Shown here: positions 1-7,584 of the stretch, piece after piece
Layout: every line of letters starts with the position of its first letter
Position numbering within the stretch: the stretch's first letter is position 1
Assembly: GCF_006345805.1 (NCBI RefSeq)
Contig: NW_021827903.1
Span: 1 to 9,646, forward strand
Length of the DNA: 9,646 bases
Reading direction: 5' to 3'
Source of the DNA: Octopus sinensis
Taxonomy: Eukaryota
Notes under the pieces: generated by a model
Told to the model about the DNA's origin: nothing
The model's input: only the letters and a program-made list of their open reading frames with translations
Database searches by the model: none
Position numbers and translations under genes: made by a program

Positions 1-342
1 GAGGGTTCCAGTTGATCCGATCAACGGAACAGCCTGCTCTCGAAATTAACCTGCAAGAGGCTGAGCACTCCACAAACACGTGAACGCTTAATGTAGTTTT
101 CAGGGCGATTCAGCATAACACTTTGAAATACAGGTACAACAGAAATAGGAAGAAAGAGTAAGAGAAAGTTGTGGTGAAAGAGTACAGCAGGGTTCGCCAC
201 TCCCACCACCATTCTTGCGGAAACTTCGTGAATCTCTAGGTGTTTTTGCTCAATAAACACTGACAATGCCCCGCTCTTGGAATCGAACCGCGAACCTACG
301 ACCGCGAGTTCGCTGCCATAACCACGGGACCATTGCGCATCC
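1..342 (-). mobile_element. tRNA-derived SINE (octopus OR-like), runs off the window start at its 3' end
   Basis: Minus strand starts GGATGCGCAATGGTCCCGTGG. Pol III A box TGGTCCCGTGG at 322-332 and B box GGTTCGATTCC at 279-289 with tRNA-like spacing. Body (CCCTGCTGTACTCTTTCACCACAAC...GCAGGCTGTTCCGTTGATCGGATCAACTGGAACCCTC) matches an abundant octopus SINE from memory. ORF 21..344 is incidental. Confidence 0.85.
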
Positions 343-451
343 ACTATATATATATTACGATGTGTGTGAACAAACCAAGATAGCTTTTTGAGAAGCGTTC
401 AGATGTATAGAAATATACAGTTATGGAAATATTTTATTCCCAAACGCATAC

Positions 452-758
452 TGTGTGTGTGTTCGTGTGTGTGTGTACTTGGGTGAGTGTGTGCGTACTT
501 GTGTGTGTACTTGGGTGAGTGTGTGTGTGTGCGCGTGTGCTTATGTGTGTGTGTGCACTTGTGTGCATGTGCTTGTGTGTGTGTGCTTGTGTGTGTGTGT
601 GCGTACTTGTGCGCGTGTGCTCGTGTGCGTGTGCTAGTGTGTGTACTTGTGTGCGTGTGCTTGTGTGTGCTTGTATGAGTGTGTATAGGTGCTTGTGTGT
701 TCTTACGTGTGTGTCTGCGTAATTATATGCGTGCGATTGTGTGTGTGTGTGTGTGTGT
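452..758. repeat. Degenerate (TG)n microsatellite with higher-order units
   Basis: TG runs interrupted by CTT/ACTT/GC; GTGTGTACTTGGGTGAGTGTGTG occurs at 471-493 and 503-525. Confidence 0.95.
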
Positions 759-1107
759 TTTTACAAGGACGAAAGTGTCTTGTCTCTTTTCCTTTCTTTG
801 CTCTTTATAAGATCCTCCTTCTCAGGAGTCCCGTTGCCAAACATGCTTACCTTGTTGCCAGCTACATATAAGTTTCATGCTCGGGTAACAGAATAATCGG
901 ACAAGCTGATATAGAATGCTGTGCGCTATCCTTTGTGCTATCGTTAGTTTTTTTAGCCTGTATGATCGCGCGCAATACAGGCCTGACCGGTTACTATAGT
1001 ATCCAAACGTGAATTTTATTATAACTTACTTACAAACATGTATGTGCGTATGTGTGTGTGCGCGTTGTGCGTGTGTGTTTATATACATTCGTTTGCATGT
1101 ATATATA

Positions 1108-1200
1108 CAGTAATCCCTCGCCATATCGCGCTTCACCTATCGCGGTTTATTATTTCAGCTTACGTCAATTCGTTCGCGATATTCTTTTGCATTTACAATA
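1108..1200 (+). mobile_element. Solo terminus of a pogo/Tigger-like (Tc1/mariner superfamily) DNA transposon
   Basis: TA at 1106-1107 is followed by CAGTAATCCCTCGCCATATCGCGCTTCACCTATCGCGG. CAG start after TA and an internal TATCGCG direct repeat (1124-1130, 1138-1144) are typical of pogo/Tigger TIRs. No matching inverted copy found in the window. Confidence 0.6.
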
Positions 1201-1206
1201 AATAAA

Positions 1207-1268
1207 TATATACAATATAATAATAATAATAATAATAATATAATATGATAATAATTAATAATAATATA

Positions 1269-1305
<37 letters not shown>

Positions 1306-1356
1306 TAATATAATAATAATAATTATTATTATTATTATTATTTATTATTATTATCA

Positions 1357-1391
<35 letters not shown>

Positions 1392-1399
1392 TATTACTA

Positions 1400-1443
<44 letters not shown>

Positions 1444-1444
1444 G

Positions 1445-1503
<59 letters not shown>

Positions 1504-1546
1504 TATTATATTATTATTATTATTATTATTATTATATTATTATTAT
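1207..1546. repeat. (AAT)n immediately followed by (ATT)n: palindromic AT-rich repeat
   Basis: About 115 bp of TAA repeats switch at AATT (1321-1324) to about 225 bp of TTA repeats. Confidence 0.95.
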
Positions 1547-1723
1547 ACTCATCTGAAGAATTAAAGGAATTGTTCTTTAGTTTATTCATATGCAAGTACA
1601 GGAAGTCTTGAAATATTTCGAGGAAATGAAATGAAATAAAATAAAATAAAGTGATGGAAAATATTTATATGATTACATTTAAGAATTTTTCGTGCCACGC
1701 TTCAGAATGATTGTATAACTACT

Positions 1724-1790
1724 GTATGGTTGTATGTATGCATATATGTATGTATGCATTTATGAATGCATCGATGTATGTATGTATCTT

Positions 1791-1822
<32 letters not shown>

Positions 1823-2250
1823 TGTATGTATGTATGTATGTATGTATGTATGAAAGTATGTGTATGAAGGTACATATGTATACATATAAATATATAATAT
1901 ATATACATATATATATATGTGTGTGTCTGTGTTTATATATGTTTATATATATATATGTGTATGTAGGTATGTATGCATGTATATACGTATGTATATGTGT
2001 GTATATGTATGTAGATGTATTTATTACGTATGTATGTATATATGTATGCATATATGTACGTATGTATGTATGTTGGTAGGTAGGTAGGTATGTAGGTAGG
2101 TAGGTAGGTAGGTATGAACATATGTATGTTTGTATGTATGTGTAAATTTACGTATTATCTACGTATCTATTCATGTATGTTTATATGTGTGTATCTTTTA
2201 ATGTATGTATTTATTTATTTATTTATCTATGTAAATATTTATGTATGTAT
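1724..2250. repeat. Compound (TATG)n/(TA)n/(TAGG)n microsatellite
   Basis: Pure TATG run about 1795-1851, TAGG run about 2074-2113, degenerate flanks. Confidence 0.95.
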
Positions 2251-2416
2251 GTATATAAGTTATAAAACCTCGAGAAAGAAATTTAGTGAAAAGATGCCGT
2301 GTGTCTTTGTACCGGTTCCGCCATCTTCTACTGTCATATCTGTATATTTGTTCAGCACAGAATAATGTCACAGATTCAATCAACCTTGTTTGATATAATG
2401 TTGATTATATACAGCA

Positions 2417-2419
<3 letters not shown>

Positions 2420-2455
<36 letters not shown>

Positions 2456-2464
2456 ACACACACA

Positions 2465-2500
<36 letters not shown>
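2420..2500. repeat. (CA)n microsatellite
   Basis: Nearly pure CA run. Confidence 0.98.
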
Positions 2501-2502
<2 letters not shown>

Positions 2503-2563
2503 GCTCAACACTCAACACACGAACATTGACACAAAGACAAAACGTGAACATAGACATATACAT

Positions 2564-2790
2564 ATAGAGGAACGCAGCAACACCAAGATTCGCATAAATA
2601 CGTTTATTAGACGATATATGTTTGATCTCACCGTAAGCAGGCTTGGCCTGTTCAATCTTTGACTTAATTTCTTTGATCTTTTTTCCCATCAGCTCTAATA
2701 ATGGTTCCCAAATATCTAAAACTATCGCCTTGTTTCAAGGTTGCTTTCCATTAATTCTTACGTTGTGTTCTCATTCTTCAAGCAACAAAA
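2564..2790 (-). mobile_element. Decayed non-LTR retrotransposon (RTE-like LINE) ORF2 fragment, end of RT domain/thumb
   Basis: Joining three frames across two frameshifts gives RINGK/TLKQGDSFRYLGTIIRADGKKD/KEIKSKIEQAKPAYGEIKHISSNKRI. FRYLG is at 2706-2720. This fits the LINE pattern ING..LEQV..FKYLGS.I..DG...EIK.RI..AK.AF. Clade assignment is from memory. Confidence 0.75.
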
Positions 2791-2793
2791 TTA

Positions 2794-2934
2794 GCGCAGA
2801 CGTGGCTGTATGGTAAGAACTTTGCCTCACAACCACATGGTTTCAGGTTCAGTGCTACGGCGTCGCACACTGGCAAGTGTTTTCAACTATAATATCGAGC
2901 TGATTAAAGCCTGTGAGTGAATTTGGTTGAGGGA
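2794..2934 (+). mobile_element. 5' head of octopus tRNA-derived SINE with CORE-like segment (diverged copy)
   Basis: GCGCAGACGTGGCTGTATGGTAAG start; A-box-like TGGCTGTATGG at 2803-2813, B-box-like GGTTCAGTGCT at 2846-2856, then GGCAAGTGTTTTCAACTATA. Alignable with the minus-strand copy at 8761-8866 plus 9551-9588 in this window. Confidence 0.8.
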
Positions 2935-2998
2935 TATATATAAATATATATTATATATATAATATATATAGATATATATATATATATATATATATAAC

Positions 2999-3037
<39 letters not shown>

Positions 3038-3038
3038 T

Positions 3039-3091
<53 letters not shown>

Positions 3092-3285
3092 GTATTATGT
3101 ATGTATGTATGTATGTATGTATGTATGTATGTATATACATATATTATATATACATATATATACATATATACATAATATACAGTATATATATATATATATT
3201 ATATTATAATATAGATATATATATATATATATGCGTGTGCATGTATGTATGTCTGTATGTATGTAGTGTGTGTGTGTGTGTGTAT
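2935..3285. repeat. (TA)n-(TATG)n-(TA)n-(TG)n compound microsatellite
   Basis: Direct reading. It lies where this SINE family carries an internal TA/TG tract. Confidence 0.95.
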
Positions 3286-3349
3286 GCACGCCTACATAAC
3301 ACTCTACCAGTGTATACCTAAACTGTGGGTACTGATGTATGACTACCTT

Positions 3350-3960
3350 CTAGGTATATTTCCTATTTAGTACTGGGGGGGGTTCATTTATGAGGACGTA
3401 CTCCTGTATTTGTCTGAGTGTTGGGTCCTTCGGGTGCTTGGATGAAACGTGGATATCAGTTGACCTAGCGTACCCCCATGTTGGTAGAGTATGGAAGACT
3501 ATTTTTGTTGTCATATTGTTTCAAATTGTCATTTAGCGTGTTTGCAATGCTTCTATATGCCTCACCTATGTATATCATGTTCTTGTCTTCACAAGTACCC
3601 TCTATGCACCTTATGCCGTAGACTACATTTCTAATTCTACAGTTAATCCCAGGGAAATCGTACATTGGTGCATGTGGTATACTCAAAGGGGCACGTCCTA
3701 CATAATTGTGATCTGATGAAGTTCCCTGGCTTTTCAAGGATCTTAATTTTGAGTATGACCCCGTTCACAGCTTTCCTAAATCTTCGGGCTAGTTCCTCAT
3801 GGGCTGTGACCTCTACAATCATAACTCCTTGATATTTGTCGGTCTTGTACCACATGTTCACTCTGTTTGATTTGACACAAACTCTTTGTATGCTATTCCA
3901 GTCTTTACTTCTATATCTACGGCAGGTACCACTCGATTCATTATATTTAATTCTATTTCA
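3350..3960 (-). mobile_element. Penelope-like retroelement (Neptune-type) C-terminal fragment: linker, Cys-rich region and GIY-YIG endonuclease, frameshifted
   Basis: One frame reads YNESSGTCRRYRSKDWNSIQRVCVKSNRVNMWYKTDKYQGVMIVEVTAHEELARRFRKAVNGVILKIKILEKPGNFIRSQLCRTCPFEYTTC. After a shift it reads NCRIRNVVYGIRCIEGTCEDKNMIYIGEAYRS (VVYGIRC 3606-3626, YIGE 3561-3572). After further shifts it reads KHPKDPTLRQIQEYVLINEPPPVLNRKYT* (stop 3350-3352). The order YR..W / WYK / KI.EKPG / PF..C / VY.I.C..C..YIGE / RQ..E..I..N.K is that of PLE endonuclease ends. Confidence 0.88.
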
Positions 3961-4061
3961 CAGTCAATCTGTGGGGGGATACATACCCTTTTGTTGAAGG
4001 TTAAGTTTGTGGGGTAGATCCTCGTTATGTATTTTGTTGGTGTTATAGAAGACAGAGTATA

Positions 4062-4230
4062 TGGTGCTACTGGTGTTACTATCGTTGTGGTTGTTGTTAT
4101 GGTTGCTGTTGTTATGGCACAATAACAATGACAACAATGATACCCTACACAAACAACTATAACAGCAACAACAACACAAACATTCGAAATCAAAACAACA
4201 ATAATGGTGGATGGGTGGATGGATGGCGGT
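4062..4230. repeat. Degenerate (GTT)n then (AAC)n fold-back tract plus short (GGAT)n
   Basis: GTT-rich 4084-4115, AAC-rich 4122-4200; core TTGTTAT(4109-4115)-GGCACA-ATAACAA(4122-4128). Confidence 0.8.
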
Positions 4231-4242
4231 ATGTAAGTATCA

Positions 4243-4432
4243 GTGTATTTGTGTCTGCCACTAACACATATCGTCCACTGGTGTTGGTTTTTTTATGTCC
4301 CTGTCACTTGTCGGTTCAGCAAAAGAATCCAATAAAATAAGTCCCAGACAACAAAATAAATAAAGTCGCTTTGTTCGATTGCGCCTTCAGGGTGGTGCTC
4401 CAGCATGACCGCAAGGCATTGAACCAGAATAG
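4243..4432 (+). mobile_element. 3' half of the same CORE-like octopus SINE family (diverged)
   Basis: GTCACTTGTCGGTTCAGCAAAAGAATCCAATAAAATAAGT...GGTGGTGCTCCAGCATGACCGCA aligns with the reverse complement of 8196-8400 in this window (TGCGGCCATGCTGGAGCAC...TCTTTTGCCGAA). Confidence 0.78.
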
Positions 4433-4604
4433 CAGGGATGGCAGAGTGTGATACTATCAACAGAAATTCTGGTGAGCTTAGGAAGCGAATCGAATTTCCC
4501 AATTCTACAAAACATGGTAGTTTTGTCAGTAATCGACTTCAGTACTGCGAAGAAAAACTTGAATAACTCTCGTAGCAAAATTGTATATGGACATGAAAGC
4601 GTGT

Positions 4605-4817
4605 AGATATGTATACATATATACAAACACAAACATATGTACAAGCAGACATATATATATATATATATATATATTAGATAATATATATATCATAGTTGTC
4701 TTGTTAAGTATGTTCAACCCTAAACAATAGATCATACAAACATAGCCTACATACATACATACAGACATACATAAACGCATATGCAAATATAACCATATAT
4801 TTATATATATAAATATA

Positions 4818-4858
<41 letters not shown>

Positions 4859-5160
4859 GTGTGTGTGTGTTGGTGTATATTATTATATATTATATATGTT
4901 TGTGCCTGTGTATAAATATGTTTATGTGCTCATTTCTCTTTATATCGAGGTGCATGTGTGTATTACGTATTTTTGTACGTATATACACGTACATTCATAT
5001 ACGTACGTATACAATTTATACATAGATATACATATGCATATACCTACACAATTATACATATATATATATATATGTATATGTGTGTATATATATATAATCT
5101 ATTTGTCTTTACGAATAAGTGTCATTATGAAAGAAAAGGGTATATATGTGTGCGTGTGTG
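4605..5160. repeat. Degenerate (TA)n/(ACAT)n/(TG)n low-complexity region
   Basis: Pure TA runs about 4650-4674 and 4825-4855, interspersed with decayed ACAT/TG repeats. Confidence 0.9.
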
Positions 5161-5220
5161 TTATAAAGCAAAGTTTCTGCGGAAAATGTATTAAAATCTC
5201 TTGACAAGAGTCCATTAAAA

Positions 5221-5258
5221 CCTTGCTTATTCCTTGCTGATTCCTTGCTGATTCCTTG
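5221..5258 (+). repeat. 11-bp tandem repeat (CCTTGCTGATT) x3.5
   Basis: CCTTGCTTATT CCTTGCTGATT CCTTGCTGATT CCTTG. Confidence 0.9.
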
Positions 5259-5819
5259 AAGCAAGTTTTGATTTGATTTTTCCGGTGAAACTTGAAAGAT
5301 AAATGTTGATTAACTTATTAAATAAAGTGGATATATAGTAACTTTTGATGAAATTTTATTCGACTTGTGATTATATTAGATTAATATGTGAAACCGGTCT
5401 TTGCAATCAAAATCTTGCAAGAAGTAACAATAGCCAGCGGTTATATCGGTGATGGTCGGGTGGAGAGTGTTCTGAACAAGAAATCAACTGGAAAGAGGTC
5501 GACAATGCGTTCGTCTCCTGTCAACGACACGGCAATTTCATAGCATTACTTCTGTCAAACTCACTTAACTATCTTTGTTGATTATGTGCAGTGACTTGGG
5601 AAATAATATTTGAATATATTTCGATGTAGTGTTCAGTACGTAATATGTATGAACGTGTTAAACGTTCGGTGGATAGATTATCAGTAAAGGTATTTGCTGC
5701 TTGCGTTAAACTTTGATGGTGCAACGCTTTTGCCTTTCGTTGAAAAGGTTTTACAAACGACTTATTTGATATTTTTTTCTTCTATTTTTACAAAAATGAA
5801 ACCTGAAAAAGTCAATAGA

Positions 5820-5852
5820 TTATTTTAATTAAAGACAAGTTAGTTATTCATA
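5820..5852 (+). repeat. 33-bp dispersed direct repeat, copy 1
   Basis: TTATTTTAATTAAAGACAAGTTAGTTATTCATA; 31/33 identical to 6287-6319. Confidence 0.85.
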
Positions 5853-5916
5853 AACGTGATTAATCATATACACGTGAAAGAGTTCGGTCTTAAATTTCTT
5901 GCATATAGTATGACGA

Positions 5917-5975
5917 ACACGCGCACTCACACGCACGCACGCACGCACACGCACATACACACACAAACACACACT
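5917..5975. repeat. (CACG)n/(CA)n microsatellite
   Basis: Direct reading. Confidence 0.9.
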
Positions 5976-6286
5976 CGGACACATTATTTTCTAGATGGCT
6001 TAAGTGTTGTTTAAAGCACTCATGCAGTTCTGTAACGATGAAAATCTTCTCACCATCGATAGCTACAATAAGTAGTTCCCTAATTTTCCCTTCATAGAAA
6101 AGCCATCATCGAATGGTTTCCAAAAGCGAAACACCAAGTAATCAGAAGATCATTCTAATTAAATAGAAGTTAATTTGCCATAACAGTGTTTAATTATACA
6201 TATTTTCTTAAACTTCTGCGTCCACCGTATCACTCTGTTTAGATATTTGCGTATTTTAAGCGGCGTAAGTTAAACTTTTACCGCAA

Positions 6287-6319
6287 TTACTTTAATTAAA
6301 TACAAGTTAGTTATTCATA
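6287..6319 (+). repeat. 33-bp dispersed direct repeat, copy 2
   Basis: TTACTTTAATTAAATACAAGTTAGTTATTCATA. Confidence 0.85.
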
Positions 6320-6411
6320 GACCAACAGTTTTACTATTCATAATCTAACAATGATTACTTCTAGATGATTTAAATTTTGACACAAAATCAGCTATTCTGA
6401 AAGAAGTGGCT

Positions 6412-6568
6412 AAGGTGACTACATTGGGTCCAGTGTTGACCTGGTACGTATTTTATCGAAAAAACAAAGTCGACAACGGCGGAATTTGAATCCAGTATGC
6501 ATGTAAGAAGAAGGAAGAAACCCTGCAAAATATTTTGTCCAACTCGCTTATTCTTCTGCCAGCCGGCC
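6412..6568 (-). mobile_element. tRNA-derived SINE, third family, copy 1 (internal deletion)
   Basis: Plus strand CTGGTACGTATTTTATCGA-AAAACAAAGTCGACAACGGCGGAATTTGAATC...TTCTGCCAGC. Minus-strand B-box-like GATTCAAATTCC at about 6481-6492. Alignable to 7585-7733, 7765-7960 and 8008-8172. Confidence 0.75.
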
Positions 6569-6624
6569 CAGACGCACTAATAGCACAATGTCTGATATAC
6601 GTTAATTCGGTTTAAATGCCTTCT

Positions 6625-6683
6625 TCACAACCATCGGAGCGCAAAGCGCTCCTCACTAACTTAGGTTCGTGAGATGGTTGTGA
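6625..6683. other. T-shaped three-way hairpin junction
   Basis: P1 TCACAACCATC(6625-6635)/GATGGTTGTGA(6673-6683), 11/11 bp. P2 GGAGCGC-AAA-GCGCTCC(6636-6652), 7/7. P3 TCACTAAC-TTAG-GTTCGTGA(6653-6672), 7/8. No unpaired bases at the junction. Confidence 0.85.
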
Positions 6684-6730
6684 TCTGTAAACAGTTCTGA
6701 GTAGGGACCGGAAAGAGAAGTATGAACACT

Positions 6731-6823
6731 CAATGCGCATGTGCACGCTGAATTCATAAACGGAAAAGTAGAATAAAAACACAATGCGCATGTCAAAATA
6801 AAACGGAAGACAAGAATAAAACA
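6731..6823 (+). repeat. Two diverged tandem units, each CAATGCGCATGT...AAACGGAA...AGAATAAAA
   Basis: Unit 1 6731-6781, unit 2 6782-6823; partial third unit upstream (ACCGGAAAG about 6707-6715). Confidence 0.75.
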
Positions 6824-7099
6824 GGTAATATAACTGCATGACGCCATTATCACGCAAGCTTGCTGCTATTTTCTTGTTGAAAATGTATTTATGATATAAT
6901 CATTGTAACTGATTTTTCTAGGAAAAACATCGATCCTTCCAAATACCAAGAGGCACCAAAGCATTAACTCAGTATTTGACGACCTCTTGCATGTTCACAA
7001 AGCCCCCAAGGGGAAACTACTGACCACATTGATAATCACCGTTACATCTCAAGTTGGTTAGGTAAAAGAGTTATGTCCCCTGAGAGAAGATAGCTAACG

Positions 7100-7430
7100 A
7101 TAGACAGAATTGTATCACGTTTAATAACTGCAGAATTAGTTAAACAACAATTTAGCCATCTTGTAAATGAAGGGACATTGATGTGGCATCAAAGTATGCA
7201 AGAAATAACAGCAAGATCTCTTTTAAATTAAATACTGTCGTAAAAAAAATACTGACTGTGGTCCGTGAGATGATAGTTGTTATATGATACATGAATGAAA
7301 AGTCCAATCAACATGGCTTAGAACACGTTTCATCAAAGAGCAGTTGGATATGAACAGACCAGGAGCAAAAGAAAAAGAAAAGCAAACTATTCGTTCTTGT
7401 TTGTCCTGCAAGAAAGGTCAGACAACTGTC
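7100..7430 (+). mobile_element. Probable BEL/Pao LTR-retrotransposon pol relic (RNase H-integrase linker and HHCC zinc finger)
   Basis: One frame 7225-7350 reads KLNTVVKKILTVVREMIVVI*YMNEKSNQHGLEHVSSKSSWI. The neighbouring frame supplies IKEQ (7332-7343) and RPGAKEKEKQTIRSCLSCKK (CLSC 7398-7409). This resembles BEL/Pao KLNPVL.DGILRVGGR...H.G.EHVL..IRQ.YWI...VK..IR.C..C.K. Heavily decayed. Confidence 0.55.
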
Positions 7431-7584
7431 GCTAAGTTCACACCACACTGTCTAAAACATACCTGCTAATTATAGCAGACAAATTTCAATCGGGTCTGAC
7501 CCAGCAGTTTAAAATATATATATTATTGTTCTCAACACATTTTGGTTAAATAATGGTTTCTAATTCTTCAGAGGTGAGAGACAA

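Noticed and set aside
279-342. Functional tRNA gene
   Set aside because: A and B boxes are present, but no acceptor stem closes and the sequence continues into a SINE body.
21-344. 107-aa ORF
   Set aside because: It lies entirely within a SINE, starts at GTG and shows no protein motif.
845-905. Minus-strand donor AAG|GTAAGC at about 845-853
   Set aside because: No convincing pyrimidine-rich acceptor and no recognisable peptide upstream.
1553-1615. Possible hammerhead ribozyme (CTGAAGA followed by a hairpin); also CTGATGA at 3714-3720 and minus-strand CTGAAGA near 7566 and 9498
   Set aside because: In no case does GAAA directly close stem II, and stems I and III could not be built.
3301-3314. 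14-mer ACTCTACCAGTGTA repeated at 8162-8175, and a 14-mer inverted match between 7756-7769 and 9526-9539
   Set aside because: A rough estimate gives a few tenths of such matches by chance in 9.6 kb; the first may be a SINE-head remnant.
455-3321. The many V/C, Y/I, H/T and M/Y-rich ORFs in the track (also 4526-5204, 8552-8760 and 9590-9646)
   Set aside because: They are translations of dinucleotide and tetranucleotide repeats that lack stop codons; no coding signal.
4435-4600. Weak LINE RT-like words (DTINR, FW*A*EAN, KLYMDMKA) and a 57-codon open frame
   Set aside because: Motif spacing is wrong and there is no AFD motif; it needs a BLASTX hit before any call.
5388-5545. Open frame VKPVFAIKILQEVTIASGYIGDG..., with a kinase-like AIK word
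   Set aside because: No glycine-rich loop or other kinase motifs, no splice sites, and it is bounded by stops.
6010-6165. LMQFCNDENLLTID and SNQKIILIK, faintly like a LINE AP-endonuclease C-terminus
   Set aside because: Too short and too degenerate to distinguish from chance.
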